The position numbers and the translations under genes were made by a program. Shown here in pieces: positions 40,801-53,201 of a DNA stretch of 64,000 nucleotides (its first letter is position 1; every line of letters begins with the position of its first letter). This DNA is from Lingula anatina (taxonomy: Eukaryota > Animalia > Brachiopoda): NCBI GenBank assembly GCA_051362555.1, contig CM120642.1, positions 12,648,001-12,712,000 of the forward strand, in the 5' to 3' direction. The notes beneath the pieces are model-generated. The model ran no database searches and was not told the origin of the DNA. It worked only from the letters and a program-made list of their open reading frames with translations.

Positions 40801-43800
40801 CAGACTACCTTTTTACGTCCCAGGGCTGGAAATGCCATGATTTCATGGCCCAGAGGAGCTTTACAATACACATATGGCGCTTCACTTCGGCACAATTTGA
40901 GGTGAAAACGCAAGAGAATACCAAGTTTAATATACAGTTCGTGTCAGAACATTACCAATAGATTTAATGCAGGCCTTTGTCGTGCGTTGGCTTACACGCA
41001 TGCATGTACATCTATTCATGTATGCACGCTCTAAAATGTGCACTTCCCTCTTTTTCGAGCACGCTAGCATGCATGCACATAAGAGATGCGTACAAGAACT
41101 ACACTAAAATGCCCGGAGCCTGCGATTTCAAAGTACGCCTTTTTTCTGAATACAAACTGGACTTTTTTTTACCTCTGAGTTGACCCAATTGAGAAAGGAC
41201 GTACATGTAGAGCTTGGATCATATTTTGATTCAGCGATGATCTTTTCTAGCCAAAAGGTTCTCCCCCCCCTCCCCCTCCCCGCCGAACCACCACTGCTTT
41301 CGGACCTAATTATAAAAAAAAGAAAAAAAAACATGACTGCGTAGTTAAAAATCGTTATATTACTTCAATTATTAATCATAGATTCTCACTACACGTAGCT
41401 ACGTTTCACACATAATGAAAAACTAAATAGCTTTTGACACTGAGCAAATTTCATTTTGACGAAACATTTGCAATAGTGTTAGTGTCTCTTTTATTCAAAT
41501 TATCGGCTGATATGTTAAAACAATTACAGTGCAGCATGTCCAATTCGATTTCTCTTCATTGCTTCTGTTCTCATTTCATTTGATTTTTTCCCCTTCTAAA
41601 TAAATTTCGAGTTTTACCTTAATCTATATCTTTAAAGTGATTGTAATTTCCTTAGACACCGACTTCAGCTTAAATGCTGCTGGGCGGTGCATGGAAACGA
41701 AAAGAAAATGGTTTTTCGATTGAACAACACGGTGAACGGAACAGTGTTTCACAATGAAAATATTAAACAATAGCCTTACTTCTTTGCCGAAATAAACAGC
41801 AAGAATAAGAAGATTGTTCCTGGGGCCAATGCTACATTAAAGTCATTGTTATTATCGATGTTTATTCACCTCAAGGGACTGAAAGAACTTAAGCCGTTAT
41901 ATTTTGTCATGAAAAATACAAATCATAAAAGTATACATGTATGTAGGCATTGTTGGTCTTCGACCTTTCTTTATGACTGATACCAGCCACTGATATTATC
42001 AAAGATGTGGAGACTTTTATATTCACGTTGCATATACTGTGCAAATTCGGTGATGGGGGTGGACCCCGAAGCGGATTCCGTATTTAAACATTTTAATTTG
42101 TAATTAAAATTTAACAATTGTCATTTGGAATAGAGTGTACCGTCCAATACCACGGGCTTTCCTTCTTATTTGTTTGGGTGCTGCAGGCTTTACTTCTTGT
42201 GGGGTAATACGGGGATCTACATGTATTTCCGAGATAAATAATTAGATAAAGGACTTGGGATTGGAGAGAGTGTCATTTTAAGTGTGACGTCTTCAAAAGA
42301 TGGAACCCTTTGACTTAGAAAGGGCATAACGGTTTCCCTTTTCAATTCAATTCCTTATCTTGAAGCCACCAGAATATTGTAACAACGACATGTAATACAC
42401 GTACAAACTAATTATATTTATTCCAGGTGGGCAAGTGGGACTATATTTCTTGTCAAGCATCATTTCACTTAATTCCAGATCATGATCAGACCATAACAGC
42501 GCAATAACTCAAAACTTTTTATTGATTATGATCCTCAGACGGCCATAAAATACCTTTCAGTAGAAAAGTTTGGATTGATTTTCAGCGCAGTTATCAGTCA
42601 GCATTTAGGCGCGCTGTCTGCAGACACTTGGGTCTATCAGTTTTTCGCACGTTCTACTGTTTACTGAACCAGAAGAGAAGCATGGGTGATACCCAAGTGT
42701 GCTTCAAAGATGATATTGGAAAACGTGTATATGAATGTGGTCCGAGTAGACGGCAAGTCATGATAAAGTCATCGTTCTCTGCTCTTCATGTAGGCCACCG
42801 CTACATTTTCCTCTATTTTCTATGCATCATTCTAGTGGGGCGTGGGCAAAAAAAGATTCAATATTTTTAAGAAGTTAAAACTACTAAGGCAATGTTCAGC
42901 GTGCTTGAAAAACACAAGTACTTTAGCTTGGCTCTAACATCTTGGAAGCAGTGACTTGATTTCAAACACATCTGTATTGAAAATCGTTCTCAATGCTTCC
43001 CAGAGCCTTCCACGGAAACGGCGATCATGAATTTTGGGTAATTTTCGCAAGACTCGGCCGCTATATTTGGTCTCGTATAATTGTTTACCTTCGAACACTT
43101 AGTAATGCTCTTATATGAAACTGTCCCCCCAAAACCACGCCACCATAAGCGTCTGCAAGCCGCCTGTATGCTGAGCGGCTTGGGAGTCAATTGGAATCCG
43201 CATGACCCAGTCCTCAGGAGAGACTTGACACAGGCGAGAACTGGCTACATGTACGCCGTGAGGAGGCAGTGGTCAGTGGTTATAAGACATAGAAGAATAT
43301 TTTTAACCGTCCCATATATACCTGCGAACCTCTAGGCGAAGGGGAATTAATAATGGAGAATAAAAGATACGGGTTGAGAAACTATGGAAATTATTTCGAC
43401 ACCACTTTTCACCGACTTTTCTATCTAAGAATAATTTCCTGAGACCTAGTGTTAAGTGTAGTCTAAATCGTTCTCTATGCGTGTTCACAAGCCAGTGTGA
43501 ACTGGGTGTTAATAAATGTATTGTACATATCCTCTGGAAGCTCTTAAATATTTAACTAAGCCATGTTTGGCATAAAGTCCATGATAATTACTTGGAGATT
43601 CAACAAAGCACCCTCTTAATTAAATCGAATGCATTTTTTTTTATTTTGGCAAACGCCCATTATTAATTTGGAACGGAATCGTGTTTATTGGATACACATT
43701 ATACACGTGTATCAAGACTCGTTACCGATGGTGTTATCTACAGTATATAAAGTAATCACTGGTCAAATTGAAAGTATTTAAACCCTAAATGTGAGTACAC

Positions 43801-44194
43801 ATGTAAAAATACCCAGCACGAAATCGTTTTATGTCATTCATTTTAATTTTTTTTGACATGTCATGTTTTTAAAACGTTTTACTTTATATGACACAGACAC
43901 CAGAGAAAAAGTGTAACTGATGCTTACAGTATTTTTGGTACAGTTGTAGAACACCTTTATTTGGAGGTCCAAAATATATAGCCTTATACTTCTATTTCAT
44001 GTTTTAGAATAAAAGCACAATTCACAGATTGGACCAAATCAAAAATACTTCTTTGGTATCGTGACACCATATGAATACCCCTCGAGAAAGTTGCGCTTGT
44101 ATGTATTGAATGTACTCCTTCGATGCTTAATAAGGTACTCACCTAAAATGAATATACAATAACATCCAGCTAAAAGGCGGATTAAAGTTGCCAT
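35350..44194 (-). CDS. M28 family zinc metallopeptidase (YfbL-like), probably secreted, ~394 aa
   Basis: Exons 44143..44194 (tentative; signal-like MATLIRLLAGCYCIFIL, GTGAGT donor, phase 1), 39135..39328, 38286..38394, 37838..37963, 37015..37220, 36551..36694, 35868..36009 and 35350..35561 total 1185 nt in frame. M28 motifs: NVIG, GAHYD, GVNDNGSG, DFEEW, ILDVV, RSDHISFW, LITDTANFR, CYHTTCD. The first exon and the extreme C-terminus are less certain. Confidence 0.88.
37729..37828. repeat. Compound (TC)n(TG)n microsatellite
   Basis: Read directly. It starts about 10 nt inside the M28 intron donor at 37837. Confidence 0.95.
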
Positions 44195-44745
44195 TTCACT
44201 CTGCTCCTCCTGCAGGTTTTGAATTGATCCAAGAAATATTTTCGAGTCCCGTTAGACCTCCGTACACGTGAAATGTCTCACACAACGTGCCAACTTTTCT
44301 TTAATGCCAAGGATTATTTGAACTTGGGATGTGTATCGATCCCACAGTGTAAGACGAGGCATTGATTGTAGCGGTATGTTTAAATGCCGGTTGAAAAGCA
44401 GACGATTTCTAAAGAACGGTACGTTTCACCCATCAAGTCTGACGCACATAAACGTTATTATAATCTTTACCCGCAAATTAATAACGCAGGAGAAATATCG
44501 ACCATTTGGCTGCCAATTATACCTAAAAACTTATTAAAGCTTCAGATCGGCAACAAGTACAGACCTAGGAATTGATCGCATTTTGTTGCGCCGTGAATGG
44601 TAGCTAAAACTTCCAAAGGAAAGGCGTTATTGCGATGATATGACAAAAGGGTGGTCGCGTTAAGCAGACGATCCCTAGATTTCTAGTTATTTCTTTCAAT
44701 CAATAAGATAAGGCTTATGTGTAGACTGCTGTTTCAAATTTCCAA

Positions 44746-46254
44746 TTACACACACTCTTCAAACATCCTTTTTCCACTGTGTGCAGAGACCAGTTTGTCT
44801 GCTAAATCAAAAGGGAAATTAAGCATCCAATCGAATCCTTTATTCATTGCATCTATACGCACTTGTAGGTTAATGATCTCGTCTTTTGATTCATCAGCAC
44901 CCAAGTTTTCCCACCGCTCTTGATAAAAATATTGACAAACTGCCAACTATACACAGTACAAAGGATTGCGCCAGGCAATTGTCAAGAAAATTGTTTTCCT
45001 AAAACAACACACAAGGCATGAAATTGGAAATATTAATATGTCGTGCATGTGTCATAAAAAACTCATATGACTAATATTCACTATGGTTTGGTACTTCTGG
45101 TGACTTACAAGTGCTATCGCGTTAAAACTACAAAATCACCCAGAAACAGACCTCTGCCAAGGCAACGCGTTTCTCATTCTTATTATTAATTTTTAATCAA
45201 TTCTCAAATAATTACTTATCAATTATTTATAAACTGATAAATTAGCAAAATTTTTGTAATAAAATGTAAAATTGGTCGATGTATTGGTTGACCAATTAAT
45301 AAATTAATTAATCAATTAACTACTTAAACACCACCCAACTCTACCCCCGTTTTCGACCTAGTCTAAAAATTTATCAAAATAACCCCATAACTTTTTTTTT
45401 TGCATATCGCTGCTACTTATAACAGACAAATACACCAGATTAAGTAACAGTCAACCATTAATCAATTAAGTGGTCATAACCTTATTCTAATCTTATCCTT
45501 ATTCACTTTTAAGTTGGCCCATTTGTGTACTACGTTCCTCAAAGCTTCGTAAGAATCCATCCATTACTTTTTCAATTTGGCTGGTGACCAAAAGACCAAA
45601 CAAACAGACAAACGGAGGTGAAAACAAATCTCTGACAGAGGTAACCAGGGCTTGGTAGTAGACCATATGTGTATATGTACACTGTAGCATGTATTACAAG
45701 CTTTTTTTTCTACAGTCCACACGGCTGTTTTACAACATATAGTGCAAACAGCGCCCCCGTCCAATTTTTTTCCAAGAACCAACATAAAGCTAGCGTGACT
45801 TGATAGTTGATTACGTTATTGTTTAGAAGATTAGAGATTGGTTTAGGAGGGGCGTGGTGAAAGTGATTCATGAGAGGGAAGAGCTGTCGAGCCTTAACAG
45901 ACTGCGGAGATTGGGGTTACATCTATCCAGCATACGGGGCGGAGTGCCATATCAAACATATTCCGCGGCGCTTACTTGACAGGACTGAGCATCCCTTATC
46001 CAAAACGCAATTGCATTCACTGCAGCTGGGTTCATGCAACTATCACAACTATAGCAATCGTCGTTTTGCCAGTTGCAAACTAATGTTGTATTGTTTATGT
46101 CAAGAACTAATGATGCCGTTGCTCGGTAGGTCATTTGATTTGTATGTGCATCGATGTTCCCTATGCACTCACCGTGCGTTGCGAAATTCCCTTGCTTGTT
46201 GGTGACAGTGTGACAGAAAAGGTAGTCCACAAGGAACAGTAATCCGTTCTCCAT
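44746..46254 (-). other. Exon-like fragments of an unidentified, possibly decayed gene
   Basis: Three protein-like minus-strand segments: 45952..46254 (Cys-rich CYSCDSCMNP...FWIRDAQSC), ~45505..45580 (QIEKVMDGFLRSFEERSTQMGQLK, after a CAG acceptor) and 44746..44946 (after a TAG acceptor). I could not join them in phase and recognised no family. Confidence 0.3.
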
Positions 46255-47149
46255 TATTTTGTACAGGTGACATTCGTCTCATATACTTACCCAAATACTC
46301 TGACTTACCGTAACCTAAACTAATCAATTTTTACTGATATTTATAATGTTAGTAATTGACAGCCACGAGTGGATAAGGAGCGGGGAGTGTTTCGTAGAGT
46401 TACTGTTTTGTTTATTTATTTATTTATTTATTTATTTATTTTTTTTTGGGGGGGGGGGGGGTCACCCTGTACTACTTTGCGTAACAGCAAAAGATTAAGA
46501 CCACAAATTCGTCACACTACGAATACCATTCCTGTCACACCTGTGGTGCAAACTAAATAACGCTCACATATGTGAATAAAATTTCACAATGTTAAATCTG
46601 CAAGAGGGATCCAAACTCGCCAAAAAGGATACAGAGCAGCAATACTGTATATTTTTCTCACACCATGGTTCACGTTTACTTGACCTACCATTACATTTTG
46701 CGTGCAGAGTTAGAAAAACAAGTTTCAGTTTTCGTCAGGCATGTCTTTTTAATTAAAAAGTATCCATTTTACTCACGAATCTGTTTGATCGGTAGACAAA
46801 TAGGCCTTTCTACTTTCCTCGTCCACATAATTAATTATTCTATAGACCAATGTCTTTTTTCTCAGTTCTTTGTAGTCAAAAAGTTATATGTTTTGTTCTC
46901 TCGTACTAGTACACATTGTAGTACGTTTAACGAATACACTGATACAAAGTAACGCTTGTTACGCGTCTGACCTTCCATAAAAAATAATGTCCATGAAATT
47001 TTAGTCATTTTCCTCTTAACGTCTTTGGTATTTTGCATTTGATCAGTTATCTTCGATTCCATTTCTCCGTGCTTGACAGCAAATTTAATAAAGACAGTAG
47101 ATTTTGTCACGAATAATTATCTGGTATCATTACAAAGCTGATGAATCTA

Positions 47150-48535
47150 CACACACTGGACAAAAGAAGTGTCACCCCTACTGAGCCAATACTATGGGGG
47201 AGATAAATGACTGTGGAATGGTATGCTCTTGGTATCATTTAGTAAACATCAATTTTCACAAAAAACCACAAAATGAGAACAAAATATACATTCTAACAAA
47301 ATATGCAATTTCAAGTCCAAAATTAGTACTGGTGGCAAAGCCACGTGACCTAATAATAGGTGCCAGTCTACGAAGCAAAGATTCATATAATTGTCTGATG
47401 CGTTCAGAGCTTATGGTGGCCCAAACATTAAATACTGAATATAACAGAGTTTCTCTGCTTGTTAGACGGACATTTGTCCAAAGTTTTGACATATCATTCC
47501 ACACATTTTCTATTATGTTTGCATCCGGACTCTGGGCAGGCCACATCACCCTGCGAATGTCCTGTTGGTCAAACCAATCATCAACTGCTCTGGTCCTGTA
47601 ACAAGGAACATTGTCATCCTGGTGAACAAATGGATAATTCGTGTCACCAAACATGTTAGTAATAGATGGTAGCAAGCCTGACTCCAAAACATCGATATAT
47701 TTCTAGTGATTCATGTTTTCATCAACCACTATCAATTCGCCCACGCCATGGATGCTGATGCAGCCCCACACCATGATGAATATGCTGCTCCGGATTCGAA
47801 AATTAAGTACATGTGGTTTAAATGCTTTACCAGCAGTTCGCCAGCATCGTACCCGTCTGTCATCAGAGGTCAGACCAAAGCCACACTCATCAGAAAAAAA
47901 TATATAGGACCAATTGTCATGGACTGTCCAGTTCCAGATCCTGTTGACCCTAGTTCACTCTAAGTTGCCTGTTTTGTAACGATATAAGAGGTTTCAGTCT
48001 TGCATCCCTGCTGTACACTCTATGAGCATGTAACCGACGCCTAGCAATTTTCACAGACACATTCTTATGTGTGAAATTGTTCCACTGTGTTGTCAACTGA
48101 CAAGCAGTGTCGAACTTTGACAACCTGGACATCAAAATCAGTCGTCGGTCTTCACGGCCAGTAGTTTTTCTTGGACGGCCCATCAGAGACAATTTGTCTC
48201 TTGATCCAGTGTTTCTATACCAAGACCAGACCCTCTGCACGGTTCTGACTAAACAATTCAATTGTATCGATATACTGACATCGCTTATATTCCGCCTCTT
48301 CAGGTTAATAACTTGCACCTATAACCGTTAGATAATTACCTGTATCTTGCCATATTGGAGGAAGACAGGAATAACATTTGCTGTACATGTACAAGACCAG
48401 CAATACAATTCCATGGTATAGCAGTTTTATACTCATAAGTCACATTATAAGTAGACCAGGCATTATAATTATCCAAGATCTGCCTACTTTTATTACTCTG
48501 AGTTAGGGGGTGACACTTCTTTTGTCCAGTGTGTG
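47150..48535 (-). mobile_element. Tc1/mariner superfamily DD34E (Tc1) transposon, full length (1386 bp), defective
   Basis: Perfect 29-bp TIRs CACACACTGGACAAAAGAAGTGTCACCCC (47150-47178 / 48507-48535) with a TA duplication on both sides. Confidence 0.95.
47256..48353 (-). pseudogene. Tc1 transposase pseudogene
   Basis: HTH region with GRPRKT, then FSDE, MVWGCIS, QDDNVPCY and WPAQSPDANIIENVW; 34 residues separate the second D and the E. Interrupted by at least three in-frame stops and two frameshifts (probable ATG at 48353). Confidence 0.92.
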
Positions 48536-48876
48536 TATTTTCAACAAGTAAAGTTCCATGTTATATCTTAAATGACAAAGGGTTACACCACAATTTCAGG
48601 GCCTCTTCTGGACAAATTTAAGAATATTAAGAACACATACAAATTTTATTTGGCGACCTTTTACTTAATCAATATTTGGCGTCAAGCCAGAAGAATTTAA
48701 ACACTTATAGATATATGTGTGGATAATCACAAACTTTGTTTTGTACCACCAGGCTTCATCATAACAACGCACTTGCTCAAAGTTCCTGTCTGTTGATTGA
48801 TTTGTTGCACTAAAAACAAAATGTTCTGAGGACAGAGCAACCATCTGTGAACTTGCATGCCCTTCAGGAAGAATAG

Positions 48877-51800
48877 GACAATATCCCACAAAACGGACAT
48901 GTCATCCTAATTGGAGGCAATACATGACCGCTGTAGACGCACACGCTAATATACGCGTGACTTTTAAAAAGCACATTCTCATGCTTATTGTGTATAAATT
49001 TGATGACATTCGGTGACGTACCACGACTTTTATGGCCCTTTTACTTTGGAAATAACTGTAGAAAATCACATTTGAAGGAACACATGTTCTTTATTTGAAT
49101 TAATGATACAATTTAAAATATGGATTTCGTCACCGGGATTTCGTTTTTCTTAATCCTAAGTCATGTTAAGTTTGGTATATGGGTTAAAATTATCTTTAAA
49201 TAATTTAAGAAATACTATTCAGAACGGTTTACAGCTGCCATGTTATCATTTGAAAACAAAAGCATAGAGGGCTAAAGGACAACCTTTTTGACTACGAGTG
49301 TATTTGTTTTGTTATTTCCTTAAAAACACAAATGGAATTTTGAACCTTAGACAAAAAGAACATAAAACAACGTCCTCTACAAGATATTAATTGAGCATCT
49401 AGATAGTGTCTTAACCAGGAGAGTAAAGTCAGAAACAACGAGAAAGAACAAGAGCGAGTTGCTTGTGACTGACCGTTCACAACGGTTGTCAGGTACACTG
49501 AGGAGAGTGAAGGCTAATATATATATCAAAGGTAATTAGTTGTGAACAGGAAGATGTGGGAGACGAGAAGTGACAGTGGTCAAATCATGTCACAGGTTTG
49601 ACGAGGTGTAATGAATAATCTTCATGGCAGCAGATTTGTATGATACCCCTTAAAGCTTACAAGACCACACAATTGAAGTGGACCAGCTGATACTACATGT
49701 GTATAAAAAAGGAGATACTTTCTATCGGTTATAATTAGAGGTTTCTAAAAGCCAACTTTTGGAAATTTGAAGACACTTGGTGTTATGGACGCGTGCCTAC
49801 AGACAGTGATAATATCGATGGCAGAAAGGGAAATATTGCCCATTTCGTGTGCCCTGTGGCCCCAGAAGAGGTTTATTTATCATAAGAGGGTTTCTGGAAA
49901 ACCCCCCCGCTAAATAACCCTCTACTTACTGCCAATCAAAGTGCTATTGTGTCTTCATCTTTTTTTCGAAACGTTATTATTGGGCAAATTCAACTGCCTC
50001 TCTCTCCTCTGCTTTGACTGTTGTCGCCTTTCTACTAGTAACTCAGTCAACGTCGGATTATCCGTGGAAGAGTGTCACAGTAAACGACAGACACAAGTTG
50101 ATAACAGAGCTTCCGTTAATCTAGTGTCATTTTTTTTAAGTCAAAAGTTAATTGCGACAAATTCGGGGAATCATATGATTGATGGCATTATTTGAACCTA
50201 ATGTTAATAAGATGTAATGCCAATTCTATAAGAAAAGAAAAGTGCTACAAGGTCCATTTACAAGACCCAGATGCATTTACAAGACCCAGGGCAGCAGGTA
50301 TATTTGCAAAGTTTGCAACTGTAAAACGTGTAAGACCTTCATGTTTTTTAAAATCAAAATCAGTTGTCAGTACAAACTGACAATATGACAATATCCCACA
50401 AAACGAACATGTCATCCTAATTGGAGGCAATATATGACCGCCGTAGACGCACACGCTAATAGAAGCGTGATTTTTAAAAAGCACATTCTCATGCTAATTG
50501 TGTATAAATTTGATGACATTCGGTGACGTACCACGACTTTTATGGCCCCTTTTCTATGGAAATAACTGTAGAAAATCACATTTGAAGGAATACATGTTCT
50601 TTATTTGAATTAATGATATAAAATATGGATTTTGTCACCGAGATTTCGTTTTTCTTAATCTTAAGTCATGTTAAATTTGGTATATGGCTTAAAATTATTT
50701 TTAAATAATTTAAAAAATACTATTCAGAACGGTTTACAGCTGCCATGTTATCATTTGAAAACAAAAGCACAGAGGGCTAAAGGACAACCTTTTTGACTAC
50801 GAGTGTATTTGTTTTGTTATTTCCTTAAAAACACAAATGGAATTTTGAACCTTAGACAAAAAGACCATAAAACAAAGTCTTCTACAAGATATTAATTGAG
50901 CATCTAGATAGTGTCTTAACCAAGAGAGTAAAGTCAGAAACAACGAGAAAGAACAAGAGCGAGTTGCTTGTGACTGACCGTTCACAACGGTTGTCAGGTA
51001 CACTGAGGAGAGTGAAGGCTAATATATCAAAGGTAATGAACTGTGAACAGGAAGATGTGGGAGACGAGAAGTGACAGTGGTCAAATCATGCCACAGGTCT
51101 GACGAGGTGTAATGAATAATCTTCATGGCAGCAGATTTGTATGATACCCCTTAAAACTTACAAGACCACACAATTGAAGTGGACCAGCTGATACTACATG
51201 TGTATAAAAAAGGAGATACTTTCTATCGGTTATAATTAGAGGTTTCTAAAAGCCAACTTTTGGAAATTTGAAGACACTTGGTGTTATGGACGCGTGCCTA
51301 CAGACAGTGATAATATCGATGGCAGAAAGGGAAATATTGCCCATTTCGTGTGCCCTGTGGCCCCAGAAGAGGTTTATTTATCATAAGAGGTTTTCTGGAA
51401 AAAACCCCCGCTAAATAACCCTCTACTTACTGCCAATCAAAGTGCTATTGTGTCTTCATCTTTTTTTCGAAACGTTATTATTGGGCAAATTCAACTGCCT
51501 CTCTCTCTTCTGCTTTGACTGTTGTCGCCTCTCAACCAGTAGCTCAGTCAACGTCATGTAGGGTTATCCGTGGAAGAGTGTCACAGTAAACGACAGACAC
51601 AAGTTGATAACAGAGCTTCCGTTAATCTAGTGTCATTTTTTTTTTCAAGTCAAAAGTTCAATGCGACAAATGCGGGGAATCACAAGATTAATGGCATTAT
51701 TTGAACCTAATGTTAATAAGATGTAATGCCAATTCTATAAGAAAAGAAAAGTGCTACAAGGTCCATTTACAAGACCCAGATGCATTTACAAGACCCAGGG

Positions 51801-51890
51801 CAGCAGGTATATTTGCAAAGTTTGCAACTGTAAAACGTGTATGACGTTCATGTTTTTTAAAATCAAAATCAGTTGTCAGTACAAACTGAC
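48877..51890 (+). repeat. Tandem direct duplication of ~1.5 kb (48877..50381 and 50387..51890)
   Basis: Copies are colinear over their whole length with scattered substitutions and small indels. The junction reads ...ACAAACT-GACAATAT-GACAATATCCC. Spurious ORF pairs 49292/50797 and 50245/51754 mirror it. Confidence 0.97.
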
Positions 51891-52079
51891 GGATTTCCTT
51901 CTCACCAACTCCAATGGCCAGGTTGAAGCGAAAGACGTCACACCGCACCATCGGTCATTTTCTGGGTATAAAGGCATGTTTCACTTAGTAAGCCACGCAT
52001 TCAGACTGCTCCAGCTTGTGAACGGCTTGTTAACAGACGCTTTCCTCTGCTCTGCAATTTTGTTTAAGGTGTAAAAGCC

Positions 52080-53201
52080 ATGAATGCGACTAAAGTGTGG
52101 GTCAACGGTAGCTTCCCATTTTTTGAAAAAGACGAAAAGGACGATGGCATTCCTAACTTGGCTTTTACCAATCTGTTGTACTTCGCTTTTGGTGGCATTG
52201 GGATTTCTATCGTTTGTCTGGTTGGCCTTAGTCTGAATTTTCTTTCGGTGGCTGTATTTTCACGTTTCGAGAAACTAACACCGACTGCATTCCTGTTGGT
52301 ATGCTTAGCAGTGGTCGATAACGCCAATTTGCTAGTGACGCTCTTTAACTTCAGTGTCCCAGCTATGCACCCTTATACTGGGTGGTTCAAAAACTACTTC
52401 TTTACACGGGTTAAACACACCCGGCTTTTGTATGGGTTGAAATATTCCCTCTTCCTGATCCAACCATGGCTAGTAGTGCTCGTAACGTTGGACCGTTATC
52501 TGCATCTTTGCTCAGAGGATGCCCTTAAAAGCGGACCAACAGCAAGCATTAAGGTTTGGGCATTAAGAGTTGGCGGCGTCGTTATTTTTGCTTTTCTCAA
52601 CGATGTCCCGCGATATTTCTTTGGGTCCCTGCCTGATCGTAGTTGTCCCTTGAACACAACGTCCCCGGTTTTTTGTCTCGGCGCCCCATTTCCGGTTTCG
52701 GAATACCACAAAGCGTATACTATTTTGTCTTACGTTTTCGTGCACTTCCTGGTTCCTTTCATTATCGTCCTGATTTTGAATTTGAAGATGGCTCACCACA
52801 TGAGGGTTCTTGCCAAGAATCCGACCATGATTGCCATGCACAAGTTGGGTGTTCATCGTACTTTGATCAAAATGACCTTGGTAATTGCCCTTACCACTTT
52901 GGCTGCCTCCTTAACTGTCTCTCTGTCTTTTCTCTTTGGGCTCTACGGGAACCAGCGCCTTGGCGAAATGCGAGGCATGATTTTTGTATACCCAGTGGTA
53001 GTGTTGGTCTGTACGCTTACCTCATGCGTCAATTTCTTCATTTATGGTCTTTTCGGGAAGCAGTTCAGACGCACTTTGAAGGCGTTATGTTGCCACCGAA
53101 AGCCAAGAAAAGAATCCCGCTGTAGTGGGACGCAGAATGAATGCAGAGACAGACGGGCAAAGCCAGGAGTACAAACTATCTCCACCATGGTTTCACCTTA
53201 A
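52080..53201 (+). CDS. Class A (rhodopsin-like) GPCR, FMRFamide/peptide-receptor-like, intronless, 373 aa
   Basis: Seven hydrophobic segments; N-terminal sequons NAT and NGS; TM1 GLSLN, TM2 LAVVD, TM3 TLDRY, TM5 FLVPF, TM7 NFFIY, helix 8 GKQFRRTL followed by CC. Splice acceptor at 52067-52068 just before the ATG. Confidence 0.93.
   Translation: MNATKVWVNGSFPFFEKDEKDDGIPNLAFTNLLYFAFGGIGISIVCLVGLSLNFLSVAVFSRFEKLTPTAFLLVCLAVVDNANLLVTLFNFSVPAMHPYTGWFKNYFFTRVKHTRLLYGLKYSLFLIQPWLVVLVTLDRYLHLCSEDALKSGPTASIKVWALRVGGVVIFAFLNDVPRYFFGSLPDRSCPLNTTSPVFCLGAPFPVSEYHKAYTILSYVFVHFLVPFIIVLILNLKMAHHMRVLAKNPTMIAMHKLGVHRTLIKMTLVIALTTLAASLTVSLSFLFGLYGNQRLGEMRGMIFVYPVVVLVCTLTSCVNFFIYGLFGKQFRRTLKALCCHRKPRKESRCSGTQNECRDRRAKPGVQTISTMVSP

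Noticed and set aside
40809-40858. Candidate extra M28 exon (APLGHEIMAFPALGRKK)
   Set aside because: Ends in phase 0 whereas the next exon (39328) needs phase 1; weak splice sites.
49292-51003. Pair of near-identical 68-aa minus-strand ORFs
   Set aside because: By-product of the 1.5-kb tandem duplication. Non-ATG starts and no protein features.
52064-53125. Overlapping alternative-frame and antisense ORFs within the GPCR
   Set aside because: Expected shadows of a GC-richer coding sequence, with no independent support.
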